A DNA stretch of 64,000 nt from an uncultured SAR86 cluster bacterium (GTDB lineage: Bacteria > Pseudomonadota > Gammaproteobacteria > Magnimaribacterales > D2472): positions 14,696 through 78,695 of the forward strand of contig CABZRR010000001.1 of NCBI GenBank assembly GCA_902528215.1. The letters run 5' to 3'. Shown piece after piece: positions 21,294 to 32,650 of the stretch (position 1 is the stretch's first letter; every line of letters starts with the position of its first letter). A program made the translations under genes and the position numbers. The notes beneath the pieces are model-generated. The model made no database searches. It was not told the origin of the DNA and saw nothing but the letters and a program-made list of their open reading frames with translations.

Positions 21294-22185
21294 TAAAAAC
21301 TGCCATTCTCATCCCTACACCATTAAAAATTTGATCTCGAATTTTACAGTTTTCCAACTCACTTGCATCTTTACTCAATTCAATACCGAAGTTTACAGGT
21401 CCTGGGTGTAATAAAATCATTTCCGGATCTGCTACTTGTAGTGAATCAACATTAATTTGATACCTATCAATATAGTCTTTAGCTCCGATAGTTAGTTTTT
21501 CAGAAAGTCTCTCATTCTGAATCCTAAGTCCCATCACAACGTCCGCATTTTGTAATGCGGTATCTAATTCAGGTTCAAAATTGCCAATTGAGCTATCTAT
21601 AAAATTTTTACAAAGATCAGGATGGCCACAAAAAGTTAAACTTTTATATCCCACAATTTTAATCGCCTCAATAAAAGAGTTCACAACTCTAGAGTGGTCA
21701 AGATCACCAACAATCGTAATATTGAGGTCCTGAAATTTTACTTTTGATTCATGAATGGTCATAAGATCAATCAATGTTTGTGTTGGATGAGAAATCGAGC
21801 CTTCTCCTGCATTAATAAATTGCATATTTGAAAAATCTTTTACAAAGTCATGAATTACTGATTCAGTATGACGCAGAATACATAAATCTACTCCCATCAT
21901 CTCTACAGCATTCATAGTATCCTCAAGGGTCTCTCCTTTGTTCATTGAGGAGTTAGTTAAATCAAAGTCTATAAATTTTGCCCCCAAATTATGGGCTGCT
22001 ATTTCAAAAGATAATTTTGTTCTGGTGCTCGGCTCGCAGAAGATCGAAACAATCTTTTTATCAGGAAACAGATTTTCACTCCGATAATCTAATGAATCCT
22101 CTGACTTAAAATTATTTGCTAGTTCAATCAAATCAAAAATATCTTTCTTAGTTAGATCAGATAAATTAATTAAGTTTTTAGACAT
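21271..22185 (-). CDS. pyrB: Aspartate carbamoyltransferase catalytic subunit
   Basis: EPSTRT, KGETL.DT, INAG.G...HPTQ, GDL.HSRV, LRIQ.ER, HPGP. Confidence 0.93.
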   Translation of the reverse strand: MSKNLINLSDLTKKDIFDLIELANNFKSEDSLDYRSENLFPDKKIVSIFCEPSTRTKLSFEIAAHNLGAKFIDFDLTNSSMNKGETLEDTMNAVEMMGVDLCILRHTESVIHDFVKDFSNMQFINAGEGSISHPTQTLIDLMTIHESKVKFQDLNITIVGDLDHSRVVNSFIEAIKIVGYKSLTFCGHPDLCKNFIDSSIGNFEPELDTALQNADVVMGLRIQNERLSEKLTIGAKDYIDRYQINVDSLQVADPEMILLHPGPVNFGIELSKDASELENCKIRDQIFNGVGMRMAVFTKLFSQA

Positions 22186-22568
22186 TACACCTCAATAGAT
22201 AAAATAGCATCAATTTCAATATCAACTCCTTTTGGAAGTTTGGAGATTTCTATGGTTGCTCTTGCTGGGAAAGGCTCAGAGAACCTTTTGCTCATGATCT
22301 TATTGACTTCATCAAATTTTGCAAGGTCAGTTAAAAAAATTGTTAGCTTAAGAATATTATCAAGCCCACCACCAGCTTCTATGCAAATTGCCTCAAGATT
22401 ATCTATTACTTGAGAGGCTTGATCGAGAAAAGTTTTGTTATTAAGCTCTCCTGAACTTGCTACTAGCGGTATTTGTCCAGAGATAAAAACTACATCTCCC
22501 CATTGAATTGCCTGTGAATATGGGCCAATAGCCGCAGGTGCCTTATTGGTAAAAATTTGTTTTTTCAT
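22185..22568 (-). CDS. ridA: RidA/YjgF enamine deaminase
   Basis: APAAIGPYSQA, ISGQIP, PFPARA, LPKGV.IEIDA; start ATG 22568. Confidence 0.92.
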   Translation of the reverse strand: MKKQIFTNKAPAAIGPYSQAIQWGDVVFISGQIPLVASSGELNNKTFLDQASQVIDNLEAICIEAGGGLDNILKLTIFLTDLAKFDEVNKIMSKRFSEPFPARATIEISKLPKGVDIEIDAILSIEV

Positions 22569-24765
22569 TTTTTGATCTTTTATCATTTACTATTCTTGAG
22601 CAACTTGTTACGTATCTTAATGAGCGCAATTTTACCATTAGTCGATTGATTGAATCGGTATTTAGAACTTCCACTTCCATGACAAATTCAATAATCATAG
22701 AATCAATGTCTCTGCTGTGGATGTTAACTATATTAAGATTAGATTTTGTAACAATTGATGCAATGTCTGCCAATATTCCTGGCCTATCTTCTGCATGAAT
22801 TTTCACATGGCCCTTGTAATGCAGCTCTTTACTGTCACTGCCCCACATTGCAGGAAAATATCTAGCTGATAATTTATCACTTCTGGATATGGTAACTTGC
22901 CTGCATCTTGAATGATGAATCACTATCCCCCTATCAGTATCCGTATGAGCTGTAATTGGATCCCCATGGACCGGCATACAACACTTTGCATATGTAACAG
23001 ACACGCCTTCAATCTGATGATCAGATAAAACCATTGATTTAAATTTTGGTTTTTTATTTTTTTTAATTCTTAACCCTGAAAAAAACCTCTCTGCAATTAA
23101 TGCTCCTGTCTTTTTTCCAGAGCCCAAGTCAATTAAAAGCTCATTTAAGGATTTAACTCCTATCATTTCTAAGATCCTAGACATTTTACTTCCACGATAT
23201 TGATCTAAAGTTACTCCACCTCTTCTCAATTCATTCTCTAACATTAATTTACCCGCTTTTCTTGATTTCGAAATCTTTTGATTTCTCAATGCAAACCTGA
23301 TGGAGGACCGAGCCTTGCTTGTTACTACAAAGTTTAACCAGTCTGGACTAACCTCTTGGCTATCAGAAGTAATAATTTCAATTGATTGACCATTCTCGAG
23401 GCTTATATTAAGAGGTGCAAACTTTCTATTAACTCGGCATGCAATTGCTTTATTACCTAGCTCCGTATGAAGTTCATAGGCAAAATCAATTGGAGTCGAG
23501 CCAGATTTTAGATTCACAATCTTTCCTTTGGGAGTAAAAACATATACATCGTCATAAATTAGATCCGTTTTAATTGCTTCAACAAATTCATGAGAATTAA
23601 TGGTTGCTTTATCTAAATCAGTAAAGCTCTCAATCCATTTTCTTGCACCAATTGCATCTAACTTCACATTATCTTTTGTCTTATATGACCAATGAGCAGA
23701 AATTCCATTCTCTGCTATTATTTCCATGCTCTTGGTTTGTATTTGAACTTCAATTGGCACTCCATCTAAAGCAATAAGTGAAGTATGAATGGCTTGATAG
23801 CCATTTGACTTTGGAATAGCAATATAATCTTTAAACCTTTTGCCAATAGGCTTATGCAAATTATGAATAACTCCTAATGCCCTGTAGGCATCGTCAACCG
23901 AATCAACGATTACCCTAAATGCGTAGACATCTAATATTTGAGAAAATGGCTTTTTCTTAATTTTTATCTTCCTATAGATACTATATAGAGATTTTTGCCT
24001 TCCTTGAACTATCGCCGCAATCTCGCTATTTTTCAGGTAATACTTAAACTGTTTTCTAAGCTTTGAGATAATTTTCTGCCTACCCCCCACTGCTTGTTTT
24101 ATAGCAGAATTGAGCATTCTAGCTCGCATAGGATACATGCATTGAAAAGCTAAATCTTCAAGCTCCACGCGAATATTTTGCATGCCAATTCTAATTGCAA
24201 TAGGTCCATATAAGTCTAGAGTTTCTCTTGATTTAGTAATTTGCTTTTCTCTTGGCAAAAACTCGATGGTACGCATGTTATGCAGCCGATCACATAACTT
24301 TACAATAATCACTCTTATATCTTTTGACATTGCTAAGGCCATTTTTTGCAAATTATTTGCATTACGATCTTCTATGCTTTCAAAATCAAGTTTATTCAAG
24401 TTACTTACTCCATCAACAATTGCAACGATATCTTTACCAAAAAGTTTTTCTAGATAAGATTTTTGAATAAAGCTATCCTCAAGAACGTCATGCATAAGCC
24501 CTGCGCAAACTGTTTCAATGTCTAGATTAAGTTCTATTAAAATTGATGCTACTGCAACAGGATGAGTTATGTAAGCTGAGCCATCTTTTCTTATTTGTTC
24601 CTTATGAGCCTGGAAGGCAACATTGTATGCAGTTTCAAGAAGTTCTAATTCTCTGTTACTAAAATATGATTTTGCTGATTTAAATAGCTTTCTTGGAACC
24701 GGTGAAAGAAGTTTTCTATTCGAGAAATCTAAGAGTACTTGATTGGGAAGGGCCCGTTCACTCAA
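22543..24765 (-). CDS. spoT: Bifunctional (p)ppGpp synthetase/hydrolase
   Basis: H..Q.RKDG..YITHP, HDVLED, KLCDRLHNMRT, KDYIAIPKSNGYQ, TGS and ACT domains; follows rpoZ. Confidence 0.96.
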   Translation of the reverse strand: MSERALPNQVLLDFSNRKLLSPVPRKLFKSAKSYFSNRELELLETAYNVAFQAHKEQIRKDGSAYITHPVAVASILIELNLDIETVCAGLMHDVLEDSFIQKSYLEKLFGKDIVAIVDGVSNLNKLDFESIEDRNANNLQKMALAMSKDIRVIIVKLCDRLHNMRTIEFLPREKQITKSRETLDLYGPIAIRIGMQNIRVELEDLAFQCMYPMRARMLNSAIKQAVGGRQKIISKLRKQFKYYLKNSEIAAIVQGRQKSLYSIYRKIKIKKKPFSQILDVYAFRVIVDSVDDAYRALGVIHNLHKPIGKRFKDYIAIPKSNGYQAIHTSLIALDGVPIEVQIQTKSMEIIAENGISAHWSYKTKDNVKLDAIGARKWIESFTDLDKATINSHEFVEAIKTDLIYDDVYVFTPKGKIVNLKSGSTPIDFAYELHTELGNKAIACRVNRKFAPLNISLENGQSIEIITSDSQEVSPDWLNFVVTSKARSSIRFALRNQKISKSRKAGKLMLENELRRGGVTLDQYRGSKMSRILEMIGVKSLNELLIDLGSGKKTGALIAERFFSGLRIKKNKKPKFKSMVLSDHQIEGVSVTYAKCCMPVHGDPITAHTDTDRGIVIHHSRCRQVTISRSDKLSARYFPAMWGSDSKELHYKGHVKIHAEDRPGILADIASIVTKSNLNIVNIHSRDIDSMIIEFVMEVEVLNTDSINRLMVKLRSLRYVTSCSRIVNDKRSKNEKTNFYQ

Positions 24766-24783
24766 TTAGCAACTCCAGGATTT

Positions 24784-25059
24784 TCATTGGCCTATAACAT
24801 CGTCTCTTGGCTTATCTCTTTCAATAGAGAATTCATCTAATAAAAGGTCTTCCTCAAGGGTCTTATCAAGAATTTCTCTTGTTATTAAGCCCTCCTCTAT
24901 CTCTCTTAAAGCAACAATAGTTGGTTTATCATCCTCCCATTCAACCATGGGTTCTCTGCTTGTTGTTGAGAGTTGTCTTGCTCTTCCAGAGGCCAGTAAG
25001 ATTAGTTCAAATCTACTATTCACCTTGTCTAAACAACCTTCTACTGTAATTCTTGCCAT
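24784..25059 (-). CDS. rpoZ: RNA polymerase omega subunit
   Basis: MARITVE.C, RFELIL.A..RARQL, DKPT.VALREI. Confidence 0.97.
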   Translation of the reverse strand: MARITVEGCLDKVNSRFELILLASGRARQLSTTSREPMVEWEDDKPTIVALREIEEGLITREILDKTLEEDLLLDEFSIERDKPRDDVIGQ

Positions 25060-25096
25060 ATTTTTTCCTCGAGCGCGTATTTTAGTGTTTATTTGC

Positions 25097-25726
25097 CTAA
25101 TAAGACAATAGCTGAGCTAAAAACTTTTGTACTTCTTCGTCATTTGACTCATTCAGGGATTCGTTTTGAGAAATAATATTAAATAATTCCTTAGCTGCCT
25201 TATCGAAATAATCATTAATAATAATATGTTTATATTCACTTGCATGAACCAATTCGTCTTTTGCATTTTTTAATCTAAGGTCAATTGCCTTGAGATCTTC
25301 ATCTCCTCTATTTCTTATGCGTTCTTCTAAAGAATGCATCGAGGGAGGGAGAATAAAGATAGACTCATTATTCACTGACAAATCATCAATTTGTCGAAAT
25401 CCCTGCACATCAATTTCAAGTATTAAATTTATTCCCGAAGACAGTTTTGATTCTACAAAATCAATAGAAGTACCATATAAGTTGCCATGAACTTCAGCGC
25501 ACTCAAGAAAAAAATTAGAATCTTTTTTACCTAAAAAGTCTTCATTTGATATGAAAAAATAATCCTTAGCATTAGATTCTCCTTTTCTGGGTATTCTGGT
25601 TGTATAAGAAATAGATAACTCTAAGGGTAAATCAGATTTATTTGCTTTGACTAAAGCAGCATCTATCAAAGAGGATTTACCTGCACCAGATGGAGCAGAA
25701 ACTAAAAAAAGTTTAGCATCTTTCAT
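25097..25726 (-). CDS. gmk: Guanylate kinase
   Basis: [36 protein letters not shown]. Confidence 0.97.
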   Translation of the reverse strand: MKDAKLFLVSAPSGAGKSSLIDAALVKANKSDLPLELSISYTTRIPRKGESNAKDYFFISNEDFLGKKDSNFFLECAEVHGNLYGTSIDFVESKLSSGINLILEIDVQGFRQIDDLSVNNESIFILPPSMHSLEERIRNRGDEDLKAIDLRLKNAKDELVHASEYKHIIINDYFDKAAKELFNIISQNESLNESNDEEVQKFLAQLLSY

Positions 25727-26577
25727 TACTCTAAATTAAGCGCTTGTTCACGCAATTCCTCAACTTTCAATTTCATTGTAAGAGCTAAATCTTTTAGATC
25801 TGATTTTTCAATCTTTACAGAAAGCGTATTTACTTCTCTGAACAGCTCCTGAAGTATAAAGTCCATTTTTTTTCCATGCGCATTTTTAAGCTTGAATAAT
25901 TTACTTAAAGATTCAATATGAAAACCAATTCTTTCGAGTTCTTCAGCTATATCATGCTTAATAGCTATATTAGAAACTTCGTTTGCGATCTCGTCCTTGC
26001 TCATATCAAGTTTTTTTTGAATAAACTTGCTCCTAATGGCTTTTTCCCGATGTCTCAACAACGAAGGCGCTGATTTGAATAATTTATGATGTGCGTTTTT
26101 TAAGAAAAGTGTCTTTGCTAATATTATTTTTTCTATTTGATAACCCTCTCTGGCTCTTGATTCAACCAATTTCTTTATTGCAATGTTCAATGCCTTCTTT
26201 CCCAGCACAGCAACGTCTTTTTTTGAAGTCTTCACTGCTAATAAACCAGGAATATCCTTAAGGTCACTTAATTTGAGATTGATATGTTTAAAATCTTTGC
26301 TGGATTTTAAGGTTTTCTTAAAGTTTCTAATACTTTCTTCATTCAACTCGTAGGAATAATCTGATTGAAAATTATCAAAAATTTTGACTTCAAAAGAGCC
26401 TCTTAAGAATTTTTTCTTTATTTGATTTTTTATATACTCCTCTAGATCATTGGGAAGGCTGTAACCTTTGAAAGAAATATCTATAAATCGGTTGTTAACA
26501 GACTTAATTTCGCACAAAACCTCCATCTTCTTTGATATAGCTTGTCCAGAGCCGTATCCTGTCATGCTAAAAAACAT
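25726..26577 (-). CDS. yicC: YicC/YloC family endoribonuclease
   Basis: SMTGYG, EIKSVNNRF, DIAEEL.R, GKKMDF..QE..RE.NTL, E.LREQ..N.E. Confidence 0.93.
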   Translation of the reverse strand: MFFSMTGYGSGQAISKKMEVLCEIKSVNNRFIDISFKGYSLPNDLEEYIKNQIKKKFLRGSFEVKIFDNFQSDYSYELNEESIRNFKKTLKSSKDFKHINLKLSDLKDIPGLLAVKTSKKDVAVLGKKALNIAIKKLVESRAREGYQIEKIILAKTLFLKNAHHKLFKSAPSLLRHREKAIRSKFIQKKLDMSKDEIANEVSNIAIKHDIAEELERIGFHIESLSKLFKLKNAHGKKMDFILQELFREVNTLSVKIEKSDLKDLALTMKLKVEELREQALNLE

Positions 26578-26602
26578 ATAACTCCTAAATATTTCTTAAT
26601 TA

Positions 26603-27382
26603 TTATCTCATTAAACCACTGTCTAATAACTTTTGTGAATCGAATGATTTGCCAACAACATCTGAACTAATAAAAAAATCTTCAAAGGAATATTCAGGAC
26701 ATATGCGAGAAAATATTTCACTGTAGCTTAGAGCTTTTTCACTGCAAATTAATGGTCCAGATATTTTTATTGATTCATAATTAGAAATGTAGTTTGCCAT
26801 AACCAAAGCAAGATTATCTCTGCTAAACATATTTGCTTCACTAAAAGGAAGAGAATATTTTTTTCCATTAAAAGCTTCAATATAGCTTTTCATCCAATGT
26901 TTGTTTTCACTATATAGTCCTGAGGGTCTGAGTATTAAAGGCTCAACTTTAGATTCTCTGAATACAAAGTTTTCAAAATCTAAGATTATTTTTCCTTGTT
27001 CATCATCAGGTATTGGCATTACTAATTCAGTAATGTTTCTTCCATTGCTCAAACCATAAACTCTGGTTGAACTCACAATAATTAATTTTTCAAAAATAAT
27101 GTTGTGATTTAAAAAATCAATGATTTTATGAGATGCCTCTAGAAAACCTGTTTGATATCCACTCACATCTGAGGACGTTGGTTTAAATATTAAAACCACT
27201 GTTGAAATTTGTTCTTTAGAAAAATTATGAATTGAGTCTTTGATCCAATCTAATTGAATAAATTCAACATTATCTTGTTGCTGGGATATGCTTCTGGAAA
27301 CTCCAATAAATTCTTGCTGTGGACACATTAGAGCTAAACGTTTACCAATATCTCCATAGCCTATAATTAAAACTTTTTTCAT
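26603..27382 (-). CDS. NAD-dependent epimerase/dehydratase-like protein
   Basis: MKKVLIIGYGDIG, VSSTRVYG, LRPSGLY; start ATG 27382. Confidence 0.8.
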   Translation of the reverse strand: MKKVLIIGYGDIGKRLALMCPQQEFIGVSRSISQQQDNVEFIQLDWIKDSIHNFSKEQISTVVLIFKPTSSDVSGYQTGFLEASHKIIDFLNHNIIFEKLIIVSSTRVYGLSNGRNITELVMPIPDDEQGKIILDFENFVFRESKVEPLILRPSGLYSENKHWMKSYIEAFNGKKYSLPFSEANMFSRDNLALVMANYISNYESIKISGPLICSEKALSYSEIFSRICPEYSFEDFFISSDVVGKSFDSQKLLDSGLMR

Positions 27383-27425
27383 ATATATGTTTCTAAAGTT
27401 CATATATTAAAAGTATTATCGGTAA

Positions 27426-29489
27426 GTGGCTAATATTGAACTAAAACAATTAAAAGGTATCGGACCCTCTGTAGTTGAAAAACTAAATCTCATAGGAATT
27501 TTTAACTTAAGAGATTTATGCTTTCATCTTCCATTTGGATATCAAGATAGAACAAAGATTTCAAATATTAGTGACCTTCATCCCGGAGATGAGAGACTAA
27601 TAAAGGTAAAAATTATTTCTGCTCAATCCATTTATAGACCTCGAAAGATGATGGTGCTTAAAGCTGCTGATTCATATTCTAATATTAATATTCGCTTTTT
27701 TTACTTCCATCCTGCTCAAACTAAACAGCTTAAAGCAGGAATTGAACTTTTATGTTATGGGAAAGTAAGCTTGAGTAGATATGGGTTAGAAATGATCCAT
27801 CCAGAGTACGAGGTTATAGCAAATGATCATGAATTAAAAGATAAAAAATTAACTCCTGTATACAGAGTGCCTAAGGGAATTGGGCAAAAAAAAATAAGGG
27901 GATTTATTCAATCGGCAATTTCAAAACTAAATTTCGAAGAAGATTTTCTTAATGTAGAAAGATATGACGCATCTTTAAATATGAAAATTATTGATGCCTT
28001 AGGAATCATCCATAATCCTGAAGCAAACATAGATATTGATGAGATCCTGCCAGGCGGGTCTCATCCAGCTAGAGTGAGGTTATTAAAAGAAGAAATGATT
28101 GCTTTTCAGGCTGGTATGACTTTCTTGAAAAGCAAACAAAAACGGAATCATGCCTTTTCACTAACTAAAGAGAGTGATTGGACAGCGGAAGTTAAATCAA
28201 ATTTTCCTTTTAAATTAACGCGAGCACAAGCAAAAGTAATAAGCGAAATCAAAGAGGATCTATCTCAAGAAGTACCCATGATGAGGTTAGTGCAAGGAGA
28301 TGTTGGATCAGGAAAAACAGTTGTAGGTGCATTAGCAGCTGCTTTAGCACTTGATTCATCATTTCAGGTCGCTTTTATGGCACCAACCACATTGCTTGCA
28401 GAGCAACATTATCTTAGTTTGAAATCTTTTTTTTGCAAACATACAGAAAAGATAATCCTTCTTACTGGCAGTACGTCTACAAGCAAAAGAAAAAAAATCC
28501 TTCAAGATCTAAAGGATAGTAAGATCAAATTAGTGATTGGAACTCATGCTTTGTTTCAAAAAAACGTTGAGTTTTCCAATCTTGCTCTAATTATCATAGA
28601 TGAGCAACATAGGTTTGGAGTGAATCAGCGTCTAGCTTTAAGAAAGAAAAATGGTTCTGAAAGGTCAGCGCCTCATCAACTAACATTAACAGCTACTCCA
28701 ATTCCGAGAACCCTCTCGATGAGCGTATATGCAAATATGGATGTCTCCGTGATAGATGAATTACCGCCTGGTAGAAAGCCAATTCAAACATCATGCTTGC
28801 CTTTAAGTGCAAAAGATAGGCTAATTAAAAGAATCTCTGCTGCTATAAAAAAAGATAGTAAGGTATACTGGATATGTCCTTTAATTGAGGAATCTGAGAA
28901 TTTAGATCTAAATGCTGTCATGGAAACTCATGAAGATTTATCAGAGCATTTCGGTCAAGACAAAGTTGGTTGCCTGCATGGAAAATTATCAGCATTAAAG
29001 AAACAAGATCAAATCCAAGCTTTCAAAGATTCTAAAACCTCAATCTTAGTATCAACAACCGTGGTTGAGGTCGGAGTGGATATCCCTGATGCTGATATCA
29101 TGGTAATTGAAAATGCTGAAAGATTTGGTTTAGCCCAACTACATCAATTAAGAGGCAGAATAGGCAGAGGATCTAAAGAGAGCTATTGCATTCTTTTACA
29201 CAAAGATAAAATTCAGGATATTTCAGCCCAAAGACTGAAAGTGTTAGTAGACTCTCAAGATGGTTTTAAAATTGCTGAAGAAGATCTTGTAATAAGAGGG
29301 CCTGGAGAAATTATGGGCGCACAACAAACTGGGATTGTACCTATGAAATATACCAATCTAGTTAGGGACAGTCAGTATCTCATGGAAACTAAAAAAGTTG
29401 CTGAGTCAATATGCAACGAAGACCCAGAACTTGCTAATCAGCTCATTGAGAGATGGATTTCTGGATCTATAGCTTTTGCTGACGCTTAA
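27426..29489 (+). CDS. recG: ATP-dependent DNA helicase RecG
   Basis: QGDVGSGKT, DEQHRFGV, TATPIPRTL, GLAQLHQLRGRIGRG, RGPGE. Confidence 0.98.
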   Translation: MANIELKQLKGIGPSVVEKLNLIGIFNLRDLCFHLPFGYQDRTKISNISDLHPGDERLIKVKIISAQSIYRPRKMMVLKAADSYSNINIRFFYFHPAQTKQLKAGIELLCYGKVSLSRYGLEMIHPEYEVIANDHELKDKKLTPVYRVPKGIGQKKIRGFIQSAISKLNFEEDFLNVERYDASLNMKIIDALGIIHNPEANIDIDEILPGGSHPARVRLLKEEMIAFQAGMTFLKSKQKRNHAFSLTKESDWTAEVKSNFPFKLTRAQAKVISEIKEDLSQEVPMMRLVQGDVGSGKTVVGALAAALALDSSFQVAFMAPTTLLAEQHYLSLKSFFCKHTEKIILLTGSTSTSKRKKILQDLKDSKIKLVIGTHALFQKNVEFSNLALIIIDEQHRFGVNQRLALRKKNGSERSAPHQLTLTATPIPRTLSMSVYANMDVSVIDELPPGRKPIQTSCLPLSAKDRLIKRISAAIKKDSKVYWICPLIEESENLDLNAVMETHEDLSEHFGQDKVGCLHGKLSALKKQDQIQAFKDSKTSILVSTTVVEVGVDIPDADIMVIENAERFGLAQLHQLRGRIGRGSKESYCILLHKDKIQDISAQRLKVLVDSQDGFKIAEEDLVIRGPGEIMGAQQTGIVPMKYTNLVRDSQYLMETKKVAESICNEDPELANQLIERWISGSIAFADA

Positions 29490-29816
29490 TTATCTTGTCA
29501 ATATTTCCATGGCTTTTTTATCATCTACTACAGGAACTATTAATGACTCACAGACTTCGCTCCATCCATTTGCAAATTCAATTACAAGAGCTGGATCATC
29601 GGCTTCAACTAAAACTATACCGCTGCCAGTCGTTAGGTCGTGATATCTAGCTAGCTTTGAGGAGCCCTCTAGAAATTGACCATCAAGTTCGTCTAAAGTC
29701 ATGGTAGCAAAAACTTTATATGCCTCTTGATCGCATTTGAAATCAATAAGATATACAGCTGCTTGTGAGATATTACAAAACAACAAAGTAATTGCTAGAA
29801 CAAAATATTTTTTCAT
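29490..29816 (-). CDS. DUF3303-like protein with N-terminal signal peptide
   Basis: LARYHDLTTGSGIVLVEADD...W...IVPVVDD pattern; RBS GGAG upstream. Confidence 0.65.
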   Translation of the reverse strand: MKKYFVLAITLLFCNISQAAVYLIDFKCDQEAYKVFATMTLDELDGQFLEGSSKLARYHDLTTGSGIVLVEADDPALVIEFANGWSEVCESLIVPVVDDKKAMEILTR

Positions 29817-29898
29817 TTTAAGTCTCCAATGTATTTAATAATAATTTATTATAAGAAATGTTTAGCAAACTGCCAGAAACTATAAATAGGTACAAAAA

Positions 29899-30546
29899 AT
29901 GAATCTTTTAGCAGGCTCAACCGGATTTTTAGGCAACCTTATCCTAAAAGAATTAGGCTTAAATAAAAGCCCAATTATAGCTTTGGGAAGAAGAGCCATT
30001 CCTAATTTGCCAGATAACGCACAAGAATTAATTATTGACTTTGATAACATCTCAGCATTGAAACTTCCTAAGTTAGAAACAGTTTATCTTTCACTAGGAT
30101 ATCCCTTGTATTATCAAAACGTTTTAGGTGTAATGAACCGAACTCTCAAAGACAACTTTTTTAAAGTAGATTTTACTTATCAACTACAGATAGCTGAAAA
30201 AGCTAAGGAGGCCGGCGCTAATAACATTGTTCTTATTTCAGCAGCTGGAGCTAATCCAAATTCTTGGAACTATTATTTAAAAACTAAAGGTAAGCTTGAA
30301 ATGGAAATAATTAAACTAGGATTTGAGAGCACAAATTTTTTTCAACCCGGACATCTCATGGGAAATAAGCCTAGACTGGACATTCTTATTGCTGATGTAG
30401 TATCTATGATTGCTGATCCTTTTTTGTATGGGCCTTTAAAGAAATTTAGAAGCATTTCAGCGAATAAATTATCTAATTCAGTTGTGCAAAAATCAGAATA
30501 TAAAAAAGCTGGAATAAACTATTATGAATTAAAAGACATCATTTAA
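29899..30546 (+). CDS. NAD(P)-binding Rossmann protein (YraR/TIP30-like)
   Basis: AGSTGFLG, FFKVDF.Y, ISAAGAN..S..YYLKTKG..E. Confidence 0.85.
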   Translation: MNLLAGSTGFLGNLILKELGLNKSPIIALGRRAIPNLPDNAQELIIDFDNISALKLPKLETVYLSLGYPLYYQNVLGVMNRTLKDNFFKVDFTYQLQIAEKAKEAGANNIVLISAAGANPNSWNYYLKTKGKLEMEIIKLGFESTNFFQPGHLMGNKPRLDILIADVVSMIADPFLYGPLKKFRSISANKLSNSVVQKSEYKKAGINYYELKDII

Positions 30547-30553
30547 ACAAAAT

Positions 30554-30574
30554 AAAAAACCCGCAGATGCGGAT
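30554..30574 (-). terminator. Probable intrinsic terminator of hppA
   Basis: Minus strand AUCCGC-AUCU-GCGGGU followed by a U run. Confidence 0.6.
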
Positions 30575-30601
30575 CATTTTTACTTTCTAATTAAGTTATT
30601 T

Positions 30602-32593
30602 TTAAAATATTCCGTTCAATGTTAACAATGGAGCAATAACTAGACTAACGATTGCCATTACATTTATTAAGATATTCATTGAAGGGCCAGATGTATCTTT
30701 GAATGGATCGCCAACAGTATCTCCGACAACAGCTGCAGCATGGGTATCAGAACCCTTTCCACCGAGGTTGCCCTTCTCAACATATTTCTTGGCATTGTCC
30801 CAAGCGCCGCCAGCATTTGCCATAAACAAGGCAAGCGCAACGCAACCTAAAAGACCGCCTGCAAGCATTCCACCCAGTGCCATAGCACCTAAACCAAACC
30901 CAACAACTGCTGGCATTGCTACTGCAATAACACCAGGTAACATCATTTTCTTTAAGGCGGCTTTGGTTGCTATCTCAACACATTTTTCTGAGTCAGGATC
31001 AGCATTGCCCTCCATTAAGCCAACAATTTCTCTGAACTGCCTTCTAATTTCGTTAATCATTTCAAACGCAGCATCTCCAACAGCCGTCATGGTAATTGAA
31101 GAAATTAAGAAAGGAATACATATTCCTATAAACATTCCAACTAATACAATTGGTTGGCCAAGAGACAAGGTAAAAGCTTCGCCGAAGTTAAGACTCACAA
31201 CTGCTGAGAATGCAGAAATAATTGCTAGTGCAGCAAGAGCTGCAGCTCCAATTGCAAAACCTTTTCCGATGGCTGCTGTTGTATTGCCGAGCTCATCCAA
31301 TGAATCGGTAATCTCTCTTACATCCTCACCCATGCCAGCCATCTCTGCTATTCCGCCAGCATTATCTGCCACCGGACCATATGCATCGATAGCCATGGTT
31401 ATGCCAACAGTTGAAAGCATGCCGACTGCAGCAACACCAACTCCATAAACGCCTGATAAACTTGTGGATATAAGAATAATGGTTGCCAATACTAAAATCG
31501 GAATTACGACAGACTGCATTCCAACAGAAAGGCCTGAAATCATAACCGTTGCTGAACCAGTTTCTCCAGACTCAGCAATTTTTTGCACAGGGGCTCCCCC
31601 GGTATAGTATTCAGTAATTAATCCAATAAGGACTCCACCAACGGCTCCGCAAACCACAGCCCACCAAACATTCATTGAAACACCAACCATGCTGTTTGTT
31701 AAAAAATAAGCCAAGATGATAAAAATGACTGGGGCTAAAAGGGTTCCTGATCTTAAAGCGCTTGCTGGAGCTTTTGCTGATTGCAATTTAACAATCATTA
31801 TCCCAATAATAGAAGCTATGAGGCCAATTGAAGTTAGTGCCAATGGATACATCATCATTTCTTTGGAGCCTAAAGTATAAGCTATAGCTATAGAAGCAAT
31901 CATTGAACCACAATAGGATTCAAAAATATCTGAGCCCATTCCTGCGACATCACCAACATTATCGCCAACATTATCTGCAATAACTCCTGGATTCCTTGGA
32001 TCATCCTCGGGAATACCGGCCTCAATCTTGCCAACCAAGTCAGCTCCAACATCTGCACTCTTTGTAAAAATGCCTCCACCAACTCGAGAGAATAATGCAA
32101 CAACTGACGCGCCCATACCAAATCCTTCAAGTGCATGAACATGAGATTCACTGAAAAAATAAAAGAGACTGCCAAGACCAATTAAGCCTAGTGAGGCGAC
32201 ACATAATCCCATTACAGAACCCCCATAGAAAGAAACACTTAATGCAGCGGCTGCACCATCTTGCTGAGCTGCAGTTGCAGTTCTAACATTAGCTTTTGTT
32301 GCTGCATACATTCCAATAAATCCTGCTAATGATGAACATGCTGCACCAACAATAACTGCAATAGCTGATTGAATTGTAAGAAAAGTTGCGACCAGAATAA
32401 CTAATACAGCAACAAAAATTAGTAGATAGGTATATTCGGTTTTCATGAATTTCATTGCACCCTTATGAATTTCGTCACCAATCTTTTTAACTTGGTCTGT
32501 TCCATCTGAATAACGCATGACCAAACTAAATACCACAAAAGCAGCAACTAAACCAATAATACCTAATGCAGGTGCAATTAATACATTCATCAT
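30602..32593 (-). CDS. hppA: Membrane-bound cation-translocating pyrophosphatase (K+-dependent type, probably Na+)
   Basis: [45 protein letters not shown] (Ala variant), [14 protein letters not shown]. Confidence 0.95.
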   Translation of the reverse strand: MMNVLIAPALGIIGLVAAFVVFSLVMRYSDGTDQVKKIGDEIHKGAMKFMKTEYTYLLIFVAVLVILVATFLTIQSAIAVIVGAACSSLAGFIGMYAATKANVRTATAAQQDGAAAALSVSFYGGSVMGLCVASLGLIGLGSLFYFFSESHVHALEGFGMGASVVALFSRVGGGIFTKSADVGADLVGKIEAGIPEDDPRNPGVIADNVGDNVGDVAGMGSDIFESYCGSMIASIAIAYTLGSKEMMMYPLALTSIGLIASIIGIMIVKLQSAKAPASALRSGTLLAPVIFIILAYFLTNSMVGVSMNVWWAVVCGAVGGVLIGLITEYYTGGAPVQKIAESGETGSATVMISGLSVGMQSVVIPILVLATIILISTSLSGVYGVGVAAVGMLSTVGITMAIDAYGPVADNAGGIAEMAGMGEDVREITDSLDELGNTTAAIGKGFAIGAAALAALAIISAFSAVVSLNFGEAFTLSLGQPIVLVGMFIGICIPFLISSITMTAVGDAAFEMINEIRRQFREIVGLMEGNADPDSEKCVEIATKAALKKMMLPGVIAVAMPAVVGFGLGAMALGGMLAGGLLGCVALALFMANAGGAWDNAKKYVEKGNLGGKGSDTHAAAVVGDTVGDPFKDTSGPSMNILINVMAIVSLVIAPLLTLNGIF

Positions 32594-32650
32594 TTCTCTC
32601 CTTTTAACAAGCGTAAGATTTTATCAAATAAAATTAAGTTTAATTAGTAA

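Noticed and set aside
30699-31448. 249-aa plus-strand ORF
   Set aside because: Antisense shadow of hppA; Ala/Pro/Ser/Thr-rich mirror of a Gly/Ala-rich membrane protein, no motifs.
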